A stretch of 64,000 bases of DNA from the human T2T-CHM13v2.0 reference genome, Homo sapiens, in NCBI RefSeq assembly GCF_009914755.1, contig NC_060932.1; one strand, 5' to 3'. Under the pieces are notes generated by a model. The model had not been told where the DNA came from, did not search any database, and worked only from the letters and a program-made list of their open reading frames with translations. The first letter of the stretch is position 1. Every line of letters starts with the position of its first letter. Positions 30,431-43,566 of this stretch are shown here, one piece after another. The position numbers were made by a program, and so were the translations under genes.

Positions 30431-30906
30431 ATAGACTTACTTAAGCATGCTTGGCTACAAGTGGCAATACGAGGAACAGATTCAGAACTACTGGTTGAAA
30501 TTTGGTGCTTCTTCTGCTAGACCATGCAGGAAGAATTGGTGTTTAAAGTATTAAGTGAATAGTGCAGACAACTGCTAGAGAAGGCCAGAAGAGTGTGTAA
30601 TTGTAATTGTCTGAACTGGTCAGAGATGGCTTCGAGATGGCTTCCTGAAAAAGGTGCCATTTAAACAATTTTTTCAAACCTCACAGGTGGCGTCTGAGGC
30701 AGAATGCTCCTGGGTAGTTAAAAATACCATCATAATTAGTGCCTCTGGATAGATCAAATTCAGTTCTGGCCTACACCTATTTTTTACTCTCTCTAGGAAC
30801 TATTTCTTTTAATGTGAGAAATTATTTTGAAAGGTTTTTGAATTTGAAAATTGCAAAATACATATTATGAGAATGTTAAGATGCTGTTGGTGTTCTTTAA
30901 TCTTAC

Positions 30907-31329
30907 TTTACTACTAATCATGTTTTGATTTTTCAGTTGCCTAGGAAGAGAACACAATTTCTTTGACAATTCAGAATCTGCAAATACTGTAAACCTGTCT
31001 TAGGTTGGAGGCACGAAATGGAAAATCACAAAAAAATCAAAAACTTTTTCCTGAACTCGTGGTCTCCTGCTGTATTTTAATTATATAGAACTTTCTGAAT
31101 CGAAGGTCAGCAAAGTTTTTATGAAAAAAACCTTCCTGCTTGGACATGCTTAGGTGCTCCCTTCACAGTCCCTTTCTGTCCTAGCTGAGGCATTTCTACT
31201 CTTCCATCTCAGCCTTTAATTCTTTGGCCCTAATTTCTATCCCCACTGTCTTTTTAGGCCTGTTTTATTAAAATGGTAACTTCTATTTAATGCAAAATAG
31301 AACTCAAATGACCTCTACCAGGTTCATCT
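30907..31329 (-). pseudogene. RGS-repeat exon remnant
   Basis: ttctttctgtag|AG ATG AAC CTG = MNLVEVI…KAEMEE*KCLS…DRFTVFADSELSKK (cf. DS+.RFL.SELY); donor AAA|gtaaga. Confidence 0.6.
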
Positions 31330-31511
31330 CTACAGAAAGAAAGTATAAATATGCTTTTTGTGTTCTTCTTCCTTGATCTACATTTAGACTATAATTGATT
31401 GATTTTAGCTTTGAAATTCTTTCTTTCTCTCTTTCAAAACAGTAAAAAGTGCCTGGCCTAAAAATCTAATTGACTGAGATGATCAGTTTTACCACAGTTC
31501 ACTACACTCAC

Positions 31512-31800
31512 TCAGAAAGGTGTTCTTAGTGGCAATTTAACAGAGCTGTCCTTTGAAAGTGGCATTTTCTAAGTATTCTCCTAAATTGCAGTTGGGCCAT
31601 AAATACAACAGGTTAAACTAAGGCAGCTGGGAAATTATATAGGTGAAAAATTACAAGGACGAGATCTTTCCACTCAAGCATGTAAAGATTTAATCTCCCA
31701 GGTTAAAAACCCAGAACACAGTGATTACTTTGAGATAACAGCTCAGAGGATGCTCAGAGATGGGGTTCCCATGGTATTTTCTGGGGACCGGGTCTGTGGC
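31512..31800 (-). pseudogene. RGS-repeat exon remnant
   Basis: cctctgcag|GC…CTGA|gtgagt; SELLSQSNHCVLGF*PGRLNLYMLEWKDLVLVIFHLYNFPAALV*PV. Confidence 0.6.
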
Positions 31801-32989
31801 CTGCAGAGGCAGGTGTTTCCCAGTGGGGAGCACAGAGGAGCCCTTTTCACCCGTATCAGGCCAGCTGTGAGCTTATCTGTGGCATCTCGCTTTCAAGGAA
31901 CGGTTCCCCAGGGTCTGCCTAGGAGAAAGTTGATGAACCACATGGGAACTGTACAGCATATTAACAGGAAAAAAATGTAAAAATCATGAAACAGCAGGGC
32001 TAGGCAGGAATCTATTCTGTTAACAAGACAGTAGTAGAAGTTACTAAAATATCGACTCTTTTTTTGTTTGTTTGATATTATTAGCTAGACAGGCAGCACT
32101 CTCCTCCCAGGGATGCTTCTGGGATCTCTCCGGATTCTATTCCCTGATCCATACCCAGTATCACGCCGCCTCTTAGGTCCCCATCATTTAGACTAGATGG
32201 AGTACTTTTAGCCCAGTCTCTCAAACCCATTGTTATTTCCTTCTAATCTGGCAACCAGAGTGATCCCCATAAAACAGAAATCTGTCCATTTCACTGCTGT
32301 GCATAAAACTCTCCAATGGCCACACTTTGCTCTAAGATCCAGTCCAAGACCCTTAACCTATGATCAAGGCCCTCCATGAACTGGTTTCTGTACACATCTC
32401 CGGCCTAAGATCCCAACTCTCCATCCCATATACCTCCCACTCCAGTCACACAATGCACGTGGACACTTTTCTTCCATTGCCCATCGCCAGATCTACTGTG
32501 GTGAAGTCTAATGAAAGCCTCTTAAAATATATATATAGGCATTATATACTTTTAACATGGCAGCTCCAGGGTCCACAGGCACGTGTCTTAAAAGAAGCAG
32601 GAAGAAGCTGTATGGCCTTTATGATCTAGCATAGAAGTCTCATAGCATCCCTTCTGTGGCACTCTATTAGTAGAAGGATTCACAAAGGCCTGCTGGGTTT
32701 CAAGGAAAAGGAACATCAATACCACCTCTTGATGTGGATGGTGGGGCTCATGGTTCTGGAAGAGCATCAAGAACTGGAAATGTTAAAGTCACAGAGAGTC
32801 AGTATAGATAATTTGTTGAGAAGTTTGGCTAAGAAAAGAAGAATAGAAACATAAGAAAGAGAGCAAAGTAGAATCAAAGCAAATTTTCTTTGACCTGGAC
32901 ATGTAAATGCACCACTGGAAAATGGAGGCATTTGGAAACAAACTCAGAGAGTTGGCTTAAGTGTTCACACTTTTAACCACTTGATATAG

Positions 32990-33305
32990 AGCAAAAGTCT
33001 CCGAATTATTTCCTGCAGATTGAATATAATCCACCCCCTGTTTTTGCAAGGCCCTCAAGCTAAAAATAGTGTTTATGTTTTTTAATGACTGTGAAAATAT
33101 CAAAAAATAATATTTTGACACATGAAAATTTATATATCACATCCATATATAACATAGGATTGGGAAATATACACATTTATTTGTATATATTTATATATCT
33201 TCTGTGACTGCTTTTATGAGTTGAGTAGCTGCAACAGAAATCATATGGCACACAAAGCCTAAAATATTTACAGTCTCACCCTTTATAGAAAGTGTTTGCC
33301 ACCAC
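32990..33305 (-). mobile_element. MER58-type DNA transposon
   Basis: gagttgagtagctgcaacagaaatcatatggcacacaaagcctaaaatatttac…gaaagtgtttgcc. Confidence 0.75.
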
Positions 33306-33441
33306 CAGATTCAGTGTCTCTCTGGTAGGCCTATTTGTGCCTTTATATACAAAAAGAACTTGTGTTTCTTAAAAATGAAAGGTCCTTCCCACATATGGCA
33401 AGCTAAAAACCCCAATATTTTGTAACCTCCTCACTGGCTTT
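33306..33441 (-). pseudogene. Possible RGS-repeat exon remnant
   Basis: atattcctacag|AAAGCC; KASEE/YKILGFLACHMWEGPF; abuts MER58. Confidence 0.35.
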
Positions 33442-33499
33442 CTGTAGGAATATTAAAAGAATAGCTAGAAGTTTTACCTTTATTCCTGGCCAATATTAA

Positions 33500-34287
33500 T
33501 GATAGGGGCAGGAGGCAGGGAAATTCTGGGCAGAAAAGGATAGGTGCCTGGCAAATTCCCCACCCTTAAGCCAAAAAGCCTAATACTGCTGCCCAAAGTG
33601 AGAAATGACATCCCTGTTTCCCCGCTCAAATGTTGCCTTTTCCAAAACCAGCCGTGTCCCTCCCCACCCCCCACCCTGTGCCCATAAAAACCCTGGGCTC
33701 AGCTGGCAGAGAGAGGAGAAACAGCTAGACATCAGAGAGAAGTGGCTTGACTTCAGAGGGACAGCTTGACAGCCAGCCAGGGATGGCTAGACTCCAGGGG
33801 CAGATTACCTTCCCGCTCTGGACCCTTTCCAGCTCCCCTTCCCGCTGAAAGCCACTTTCATTGGCAATAAAATCCCCTGCATTCACCATCTTCAATTCAT
33901 TCACATGACCTCATTCCTCATGGACACCAGACAAGAGCTCAGATGTCACAAGTGCAGATGTAAAAGACTGTCACACTGACCTTCCACTGAGCTGTTAATA
34001 CTTCAGCTGTTCATGAACGACAAACCTAAAAGTGCACTGTAACACTCCTTCTGGGGCTTCAGCGGTCATGGGCAATCCCCTAGATGCTGCTGCGGGGCCT
34101 GCATGGAGTTTTGCTTGCCCTAGATGCTAGATCCACTCACCTACACTCCGCCTCCCGCAAGGGGTGGAACACAGTTGGACCGAGCGAGTGGAGTCTGTCC
34201 CAGCCAGCACCAAAGCAACCAGCTATTTCCAGCATCTATGCATTCCTGTTCCTGCCCATGAAGGGGTCAGGGAAATATCCTGCTTCA
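33500..34287 (+). mobile_element. ERV1 solo LTR, MER50-like
   Basis: TGATAGGGGCAGGAGGCAGGGAAATTCTGGGCAG…GGAAATATCCTGCTTCA; 4-bp TSD ttaa on both sides; AATAAA at ~33866. Confidence 0.8.
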
Positions 34288-34686
34288 TTAATTTATGTTT
34301 TATCCATCATTTATATAGCATTTTACTAATCTAATTTTGTATGTCATGGCTACTTTCTTGTCATTCTGATCTTAAATATCACTTCTTCAGAGAGATTCTT
34401 TATGACCCTATCTAAAACAAGTCCATACTTGTTCCTTATTTCCAAACACTGCATCCTGAATATCTCCCTCCTACCAACCTCTACCATCTATTATTATTTC
34501 ATGATTTTGTTTACCTGTTTTACAGTCTGCCACTCCAACACCAGAAAACACATAGCAGCAGGAACATTGCCTATCCTTGTATCCCCAGAGACAATGTTTG
34601 TCTTATATTTTATCTAATTCATCTAGCCTGCTCAGCTGAATGAATGAACTTATGAATGGAAGAATGTTTTCTCATTTTGACTTTAC

Positions 34687-35040
34687 CTATGAAATGTAGA
34701 ATGACACTTTAATTTCAACATTACCTGAAGCAAGCATCTCTCCATTTCTATTCCGTAGAAGATTGATGTATGGAAGTTAGTCTACATACCCTGTGGTTGG
34801 AATTTGGGGAACAGAGAAAAATTAGAATATTTCCACACCTGGCAGGGGCAGAACTGGAAAATGAGAAGTTTGCAAGCCCAGAGACAGTGGCTAGGGCCTC
34901 CATGCATGAGTGTGCTGGTACATTTCAGCAGAAGGACTCCAGGAAAAGGGATGAGTTGGGACTGGATCTGCTGGCTCAGTGCTTCTTTTGCCCACAGAGG
35001 CCACTGTTTCTACCTTTCACAAGGGTGCATGGTGGTCACA
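34687..35040 (-). pseudogene. RGS-repeat exon remnant
   Basis: ccttcttgccacag|TG; SCMEALATVSGLANFSF…RCGNILIFL-fs-YVD*LPYINL (cf. SFEKLL.HK.GLAAF; AP..INI); donors at 34725 or 34687. Confidence 0.65.
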
Positions 35041-35359
35041 CTGTGGCAAGAAGGCAGGGAGGGATGCAGGAAGGTTGGAGGTGAATGGGGTCAGTGACTC
35101 CAGGGGAATAGTAGAACACCAATTGATGGTAAGAAAAAGCCCAGCAATACAGTGGGAAATGAAGACCAGCCTGTGAGTTCTGAGACACATTATTCTAAGT
35201 CATTGTTGCAGTAATTAAAAGGAAGAAATATAAGTTGGTTAAAAAAAGAACATAAATTGAGAGTTAGGCTTGGTGCAAAGTCCTGGTTTACATGCTAAAA
35301 TGTACATTTCTTTAAAATGCACAGGGAAAGAACAAAGTATGACTGCTTTAAGAGTTTTT

Positions 35360-35442
35360 CCCTCCCTCTCTCCCTCCCTTTCTTCCTTCCTCCCTTCCTT
35401 CCTTCCTCCCTCTTTCCCTCCCTCCTCCCTCCCTTCCTTCCT
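35360..35442. repeat. Pyrimidine-rich simple repeat (CCTT/CCCT)n
   Basis: Direct reading. Confidence 0.85.
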
Positions 35443-35940
35443 TTTTTTATCTGTAAAATGCTTTCTAAAAATGTCTTTAGTAAAACTCACCATATGACTT
35501 TCCAATAGTCATCATTTTTTGAAGCTCTGTATATATATGCTTTGTGAGTATTACTCAAAACTATGCTATCCCCATCATTTATAAGTACTTAAAGAATAAA
35601 TCAAATGCTGTCACTCTCCTTCTTAAAGATATTTACTGGTTTCTTAATTCTCATAAGAAAGTAACTGAAACCTAGCAGAAGGAGTTATGCATATGGAGTA
35701 TTGCCAAAATGCAGATTTAGAATGGTTTATAGTTTATGCTAGAATAATGTATACAGGGTTATTTCTGAGACTATTAATTAGATCAAAACATGTTTATTCT
35801 ATTACCGTACTGAATTCCCATGAAATGTGTGTGAGTGTGTATGTGTTTGGGTGTGTGTGTAAAGTCATTTGAGCAGTTATGAGATCTTATTTCTCAACCT
35901 TAGACAACACTTTTTTTTTAGTTTCTATTGTTGCAGATAC

Positions 35941-36306
35941 TTCAGTTAATAATTGGTTCACATATATCACTTTGCAACATTTTAAGGGCTAATGTTACTT
36001 TGAGAAAATGCAGCAGGCAGCTATAAATAAGAGAGTTATAAGGGCTATGGAGAGCTGCCACATGCTGATGAACGTTTTTAAGCCTGATACTTCCTCAGGT
36101 TCTTCTGGAGCCAATATGAGGCTGTAGTTAATGTGAATCTTGGCAAAGCATCCATTTCACATCCTTGGTGGTATTGACAAAACTTCAGAGGCAATGGGTT
36201 GAAACAAATAAGGAAAATCACATTGCAGCTACTGACGTAATGCCCCTACCTGGAGCCACTGGGGCCAGCATTAGGCTTTTAAGGTCCAGAGTTCATAGAA
36301 AAGGTT
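35941..36306 (-). pseudogene. RGS-repeat exon remnant (3' boundary approximate)
   Basis: gttgtctctggag|AAC; LKA*CWPQWLQ-fs-ICFNPLPLKFCQY…SYWLQKNLRKYQA…SYL*LPAAFSQSNIS. Confidence 0.6.
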
Positions 36307-37039
36307 CTCCAGAGACAACAAGAGTGAGAAGAACCAGAGGGTAAGGGGAAGCTTCCTACTTAGAGAACATGAATGTTGAAGGAAGAAAGCTGAACTCAGT
36401 CATCATGTCCAAGGAGGCGGTGTGAGCTGCGATACAGAAAGCCAGTGAGTAGGGAAGTGGAGTGTTTCCTGACGGTTGAATGTATGGTATGCACCTGGGT
36501 CATGTGGGTTTAAGGGTTCAGGCCCAGGATGGGTATTTTTTTTTCTTCCATTTTTGGTTCCTTTTTTTGTCTTTGAGTCAGTCAAGAACAACCAAAGCAA
36601 TCTCCATGTTATTTTTCAAATAGCCCTTTTCCCCTTTCTTTGTCATTATAATAAACTACTCCAATAGGTGACTGTGAAACATCAGTTGATTTTTAAAATA
36701 GAAGCTTTGTACAGAAGCCACAGGATTCATTTGAAAAACAGTGGTATTTGGAATTGGGGGTTCAAATCATGGTTCTGCCATCTACAATGTGTTTGGCATT
36801 GGCAAGCTATCTTAATCTCTTAGCCTCAGTTTCTCTTCTTACAAAATAGGGAAGATTAAAACAGATGGTGTGTGTTATGTGTTTAGTAGAATTCTTAAAC
36901 AAAATAGATTCTCAATCAAAATGAGAGTCCTTACATCTAAACTCTCTGTACTTGGCTTTTCACTGATGCTAACCAAGATCAATGTCAGCTTCATAAAAAG
37001 ACAGACTCACTAATTTGCTTTTGAATTCAGTTGATTTAC

Positions 37040-37496
37040 CTATTGATTTGATTTGCTGGTAGAATTCAATCCTGAATTTCTGAGGAACCCACTACAGTTA
37101 AACCCTGTAATCCAGAGATAACATGTCAGGATGTTATCTATTGATGAAGGAAAAACAACTCTGTTTTTATAGATGAGACAGTGGAGAGGGGCTGTGGATG
37201 TGAGAGAATTTATTGAGAGGTTTTCTTATAATCTCAGCATAGTTCTAGAGCTTGAGGAACTGAAAATGGAGAACGAATTAAATTTGTATTGATTTCCCTC
37301 AAAATACACTCAGATCAGAATCAGAAAAAAACAATTCCTCAAGCAACTCTTTCATTTATGGTTAGACACACGCCTCAGCCCCAGAAGATTCTCACATCAC
37401 AGGCTCATATATAAACACCTAAATGCACTGCAATTGTGGAAGCATTCACAGAAGTGGAGGAAATGGACTCAAGGAATAAAATTCTGACTCTGGTCA
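37040..37496 (-). pseudogene. RGS-repeat exon remnant (one or two exons)
   Basis: ctttctcag|T GAC; CSAFRCLYMSL*CENLLGL…FLKL*NY…TSQ*ILSHPQPL-fs-SSIDNILTCYLWITGFN; donor ATAG|gtaaat. Confidence 0.7.
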
Positions 37497-37877
37497 CTGA
37501 GAAAGTTTCAATTTATGAAAAGATAGCAACAAGTACATAAGACTCTTAATAAGTTCATAACTTGTAAGTCTCACAAACCACTGGCTACTGCCTGGTCAGT
37601 GCACTCTTCCCACCTCTCACATTGATAGCCTGCCTCTGAGGCTTCTGAAAATTTCTGATTGGGAAGGAAGAAACTTTGACATCATCTGCATCCTTCTCCC
37701 CCCATCAAGTGGCTTTATCTTCAGCAAAATGTTGCAGACCTCCCTCAGCAGCCCATTCCACCTCTACACATTTCCAACTATTGGACAAGTTCTTCATAGT
37801 CTTTGTTTCCCTGTGGTCTCCACCTACTGGCCCTAGTTAAACCCCTGAACAATTAAAGATGAGAAAGATTGTACAGA

Positions 37878-38787
37878 CAGTGGTGTGCTGGTGAACGTTT
37901 AACAACCAACTCTCAAAACAGTGCTTTGTGTGCACACGTGTGTGTGCATGTGTATACATTTTATATTTAAACATATATGTTTAACTTTATTACTATAAAG
38001 GATGTTCAGCACTAATTAGCAAATAATAGAGACAATATTCTTTATTATAAATTTCAATATTCTTTATTATAAATTTCATAAGGTCACTTGATTCTCACTA
38101 AATTTTTTGATGACTTTTACTGAACTCTTTTAATTATAGATAACCTATAGGTTCAATTGACAAATGAATGTTACTGGACATTTTCATTGATGTTAATGGG
38201 TGCAACAAAAGTGAAACAACAAAGACATATGTTGGAACTTCTCTCATTCATCAATGACATTGAGTGTCTTATTCTCTTAATTAGGTAGTAGTTTCTAAAC
38301 ACTAGAATAATATTTTCTCATTTTTGGATGCTACTCATATTTAATGACTGTCAGTATGACACACTTTAATGTGCATTATTAATATTTTTCATCACTTTCA
38401 TAAGTCAATACAATCAACAAAACAATAATCCAAAACCTGATTTGTAGCATTTGCTGATTTCCATGATGTAAATACTCCCACCTGGCAGATTTCAAGCTAC
38501 CAACATGACTTCATTGAATTAGAGCTGGGAATAAAAGTGCAGCAGCACATTCTTCATTTATATCACACAGACACAATAGATGTAAATAGCCTCAAAAGCA
38601 CGGATGATAATTAAATGAGGTAAAATAATTAGTAAATCATGATTTTGAGTTTTTATTATCTTTGATTTTTAATGTAATATGTTTAAGTGGAAATTTTTAT
38701 AATTTCATTGTTAACAATGGCTATGCTTAAAACCGGCTCACAAAATTATAACCATTGGCTCTCAGAACCAGCTCCAGCATACTACTG
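37878..38787 (-). mobile_element. MER63-type hAT-Blackjack DNA transposon
   Basis: Terminal inverted repeats CAGTGGTGTGCTGG … CCAGCATACTACTG; internal 22-bp tandem duplication at 38034-38077. Confidence 0.8.
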
Positions 38788-38884
38788 CTTATATACACCC
38801 TATGACTCAACCTGTTATTTTACAGGTGAGAAACTGAGGCCCTGAGAAGAACTGGGAATGATCCAAAATTCAGTAATTTCACTG

Positions 38885-39122
38885 CTATGGGTTTTATCAG
38901 AGGAGCCATGAGTTTGATTCTCATTATTGCTACTTACTCTCTGAGAGTTCCTAAGTAGGTTGTTGACTTCTCCAAAGCTCAGCTGGGTTTTGTATTTTAT
39001 AGACACAATAATTCTACATAATCAAATCGTTATAGGGAATAAATAACAGATATTCCAAGGCATATAGTTAACAAAGTAGCTGATAATTGGAAAGTTTTCC
39101 ATAAATAATAGCTATTATTAGT
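38885..39122. mobile_element. MIR SINE abutting or interrupting an RGS exon remnant
   Basis: Minus strand ataatagctattatttatgg…ctgagctttggagaagtcaacaacc…gtaagtagcaataatgagaatcaaactc follows the MIR consensus layout. Confidence 0.6.
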
Positions 39123-39310
39123 GATAGAAATTTAGTGCAAATAGTAGAGGTAATTCTAATTTTAATTCCACATGGCAACCCTTCAGACATCTGTAGACAG
39201 CTGTGTGATTCCACCAAATATAATCATCTCTAAGGTGTTCAACCTGAGTTCTTTTAAAAACTCAATACTCATTTTATGCTAGACTTAGCACTTGGTGCTA
39301 GTAATACAAA
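39123..39310 (-). pseudogene. RGS-repeat exon remnant (boundaries approximate)
   Basis: QVLSLA*NEY*VFKRTQVEHLRDDYIWWNHTAVYRCL-fs-LPCGIKIRITSTICTKFLS. Confidence 0.6.
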
Positions 39311-39599
39311 TGTATTGTTTTAATTAGAGTAGTTTTTCTCTTTGATCTAACTACCTATACTAAAGAGTCTTACCAATTAGGGTTTGTGTTTCATTTTGTT
39401 TTTGTTAGACTGACCATTTCTAGGAATTAGATTCAAGTCTGAATGCTGCATTTCAAGAGTGCCATTGCCAAATTAGAATGTGCCTAGAGGAGAAGGAATC
39501 TGGAAATGACTGCAGTTTGTGAGAGAGTTGAAGAAAGCAAGCTTATCTCTTCTGGAGGAGAAAAGAATTGTAGATAGAAAAATCACATAAAGCATAGAA

Positions 39600-39777
39600 T
39601 TTATTTGACTATTTGACCCTAGTTGAGACCCCAACTTGTCATTTATGCTTTCATTGAACTATTATAAAAATATAATGAAACATTTAATGAAAGAACATGG
39701 AATTGAATGCATGCATGCCCATTATTAATAATTAATAGTTGAAAAGTTGACCCAAGCCTGTGAATGAATGACTCACA
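39600..39777 (-). pseudogene. RGS-repeat exon remnant, paralogous to the 40842-41019 block
   Basis: ctttaccttttag|TG; SQAWVNFS-fs-IINNGHACIQFHVLSLNVSLYFY. Confidence 0.55.
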
Positions 39778-40204
39778 CTAAAAGGTAAAGCACTGTTTAA
39801 ATGAAATTGTGCTGTTTACTACAGTGTCTTAAGCCTGAATTTTCTGATTGGTAATAATGGGACAGCAGCTTCCTTGATAAAGATTAAAGTTATGTAACAA
39901 GCACTTGACACATGGTGAGCACTTTATAAATGCTTGCTATCCGTTGGTTATTAACCAGCTTTCTCACGATTTACACTTGAGTCCCCCAGATAGCTCAGGG
40001 GAAATGGCAGGGGCTAGATAGTATACTCCAGTGATCTGTGGGCAGCAGAAAAAAGTTATAGGCTGGAAGCTCTGGCTTTATAAAATCAATTTTTTGAAGG
40101 ATAAGGGAGGTTTGTAAAATCAATTTTTGGAAGGATGGGGAGGTTCACAGAATATACATATTGTTGGGGACAGTGATATAAGCTCAAATAGCCAAATAAC
40201 TCAC

Positions 40205-41019
40205 TTCTGATTCTCACGCCTCTGATCCCCATGGTAATATTCACTAGGATTATAAAAATATTGTGGGATGGATTTCTTCAGAAAGCTGGTGAGAGACATG
40301 GTGTACAGCTAGGTTTGTATGTGGGTCTAAGCTTATTTGCACGCAATGACGAGTGAACCATATGGCAAGAATGGTTAGTTACCTCCCAGTATCTATCTCT
40401 TGAAAGTGTGTTCATCCAAAAGGCTACTTACAATTCTCTCTTATAGGTAGGTGAGGCCGTGTAATTAAATTCTGGTCAAAGAGATGGAGGCAGAATTATT
40501 TTCTAAAATTTCTAAATTTCTGCCAAAGGGTTCTTAAAAAAATAGTCAATATGGGCTTTTTTTTTCCTTCCATTTTAAAAATCTTTATTCTAGCCTATAA
40601 CTGCAATGTGATGGCTGGAACTCCAGCAGCCATCTGGGAGTAGGCAGCGACTTTGGGCGTGGAAGTCATGAGGTAGATTTGAATGATAGCCGGGTTCTTG
40701 TTTACAGGACAGCCACCAACCTACACTGAAACATTTACTTTCACACTTCTTTTGCATGAAAGAGAAGCTTAAGGCTCAACTTCCAGTCTCTATTACAATA
40801 ACAGACATATTCAAAAGTCGTGGAGAAGGCTCTACACTTACCCTAATTGTAGCAGTCTAGAGCATTAAGCCAAAGTCACTGAAATCCCTATGTGAAGAGA
40901 GGCCCCAAGCGACACCTGAGTTCATTATTAATAATATGAGAAAAGTTGACCCAAACCTGTGAGTACTAATCTGAAGCCTCTCCTGAAGTTTCTAAATTTT
41001 TAAACAGAGATTTTATCAC
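40205..41019 (-). pseudogene. RGS repeat split by an MLT1 LTR (pieces ~40811-41019 and 40205-40360)
   Basis: SQVWVNFSHIINNELRCR…FQ*LWLNALDCYN*GKCRAF [LTR] LAVHHVSHQLSEEIHPTIFL/SEYY; donor AGAA|gtgagt at 40205. Confidence 0.6.
40361..40810 (+). mobile_element. MLT1J/I-like MaLR LTR (approximate)
   Basis: tatggcaaga…ttctggtcaaagagatggaggcagaa…gtgatggctggaactccagcagccatctggga. Confidence 0.65.
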
Positions 41020-41109
41020 CTGGCAACCTGTTTTATTAACAAATACGTATATACTGTTCACCACATCCCAAGTACTGCTCTAAGCACTTAAAAACTATTG
41101 ACAAATACA

Positions 41110-41394
41110 GACCAGGCACGGGGGCTCACACCTGTAATCTCAGCACTTAGGTAGGCTGAGGCTTGTGGATCATTTAAGGCCAGGAGTTTAAAGCCAGCCT
41201 GGCCAACAGGGCAAAATCCCATCTCTACTAATAATACAAAAATTGGCCAGGTGTGGTAATGCACATCTGTAATCGCAGCTACTCAGGAGGCTGAGGCAGA
41301 AGAATTGCTTGAACCCAGGAGGCGGATGTTGCAGTGAGCTGAGATTGCACCACTGCCCTCCAGCCTGGGTGACAGAGCGAGACTCCTTCTCAAA
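41110..41394 (+). mobile_element. AluS element
   Basis: Alu dimer accaggcacggggg…gacagagcgagactcc. Confidence 0.95.
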
Positions 41395-41649
41395 ACATAC
41401 ATATGACACATAGAATTGGCATAACAACCCTTTAAGTTTTGGGCATGATTACTGACACCATCATTCAAGTGAAGATACTGAGGTGAAGACAGGTTAAATA
41501 ACTTCCTCCAGCTCACATAGTCAGCAAATGAAAATTCAAAGTTCAAAATTGGGCTGGACAGTCTGGCTCTAGAGTTGATGCTCTGACCCACTCTTCTATG
41601 CTACCTTTTTGTTTTAACAGGAGGGAATCTTGTCACTAAGTTGGCTTAG

Positions 41650-41935
41650 ACACCCTCTGCTGACTCAATTCCATCCCCTGATGGCTTCCTCTCCCACTTT
41701 TCCCATGAAAATTTGTTTGTATTTTAAAAACCGGGCTTTTACAAAGATTTAGATGTTGCTGCCACCATTTCTCAGACCACCTTGAGGAACTGGTTTTCAC
41801 AATGCTCCTGTCATTCAGAGGCACAGTTAATCTTAACTGTTATCAAGAAGAAAGATCAATACTAACAGCAGAAACACCAGCTAGCCAAGATCAACACGAT
41901 GTAGCCAAGCCTTCTTCTCCCAGGTGCCCCAAGAT
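41650..41935 (-). pseudogene. RGS-repeat exon remnant, C-terminal half (approximate)
   Basis: EKKAW…SWLAGVSAVSIDLSS**QLRL…NQFLKVV*EMV…KARFLK. Confidence 0.55.
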
Positions 41936-42112
41936 CTTTGAGTATCATCAGGCAAATGTGAACAAGCACGAACACGGAGATAAAGAGAGTCCCCATTTAT
42001 TGAATACCTGCTACAGGCAAGGTACTTTTACATAAAGTACTTTTACATCTTCATCTCTAATCCTCAAAGAAATCTTATGAAGTAAGTATTATTATTTTAT
42101 TTTTATAGTTGA

Positions 42113-42612
<500 letters not shown>

Positions 42613-42649
42613 TAAAACACAAAAAGGCATTAAGAAAAATGGAATGCAA

Positions 42650-42840
42650 ACTCTTTTGCATCCATAACTCAACTTGGGAAATTTAAAAAGCAAATCACCA
42701 ATCATTGTAGCTCTCCCTGATCACAATGTGCTTCTTCCTGAAGGCATAATTTCTTTTCAGCACTTCTGCTATGAAGTATCCTTCTTTGTATATTGGATCA
42801 CAGCGACTGTTTGAATCATCCCCTTCTTGTCCACCCAGCT
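42650..42840 (-). pseudogene. Possible RGS-repeat exon remnant, N-terminal half (approximate)
   Basis: YFIAEVLKRNYAFRKKHIVIRESYNDW*FAF*I. Confidence 0.45.
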
Positions 42841-43152
42841 CTCATTGTAAACGTTGAAACTGAGGCCCAAAGAGGAAAAATGGCTTTGCAAGTTCAAACA
42901 ATACTATTATCCAGGTTTGGGAGCCCCGTTTCAGTGCTTCCTTGTATCATGCTGCCCTTGCAAAAATGAAACACTCCTTTGCTACAAGTATCTATTTTTA
43001 TTTGTTTTCCTAAACAATGGAATCATAGCAATTGAATTCGTTTGGAAATGATGGAAGAAAAGTATAAATTTAACTTGAGTTCATCTATGCCTAATGCATC
43101 AGAAATTATAAATTATCTTCTAAGAGTAAACTGAAAAGTGTTCCAACCTTAC

Positions 43153-43566
43153 TTAGCAACTAGGAATTAGAGGGAACACATAGGCAGGCCATGGAAGAAA
43201 CCATATTTTCCCTCTTTTCAAATGGAACCCCTCAGGTCCCCAACATTCCTAACACTGAGGGATGAGTTTGTACTTGACAAATGACTGCCTGGATGAGAGG
43301 CCCCCATTCATTACCCATAGCCTCAAGAATGGGCCCTGGTGAAAAGTGCTTAGAAACAGTTTGTGCGGAAGCAGGGCCCTTCTGATTCCATTTATCAGTG
43401 GTAGCAGTGGTGTCTTTTGAAGTGGCTTCCTTCAACCTTGGCAGAAGCTCAGAGTGCCACCAGCGTAGGAAGAACTGCCACCCACAGGCTCCATGAGGCT
43501 TCTCAAGGCGTGGGGTAGGTGGAGGGGGCACCTCACAGCTGGAGTGGGGCTTTGCTGAAGACGAGA
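43153..43566 (-). pseudogene. RGS-repeat exon remnant (full repeat)
   Basis: ctttttccttggttaag|TC…CTAA|gtaagg; ORF 43232-43531 RLEKPHGACGWQFFLRWWHSELL…NQKGPASAQTVSKHFSPG…PFEKRENMV (cf. LL..P.G...F..FLR.EHSEENL). Confidence 0.75.
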
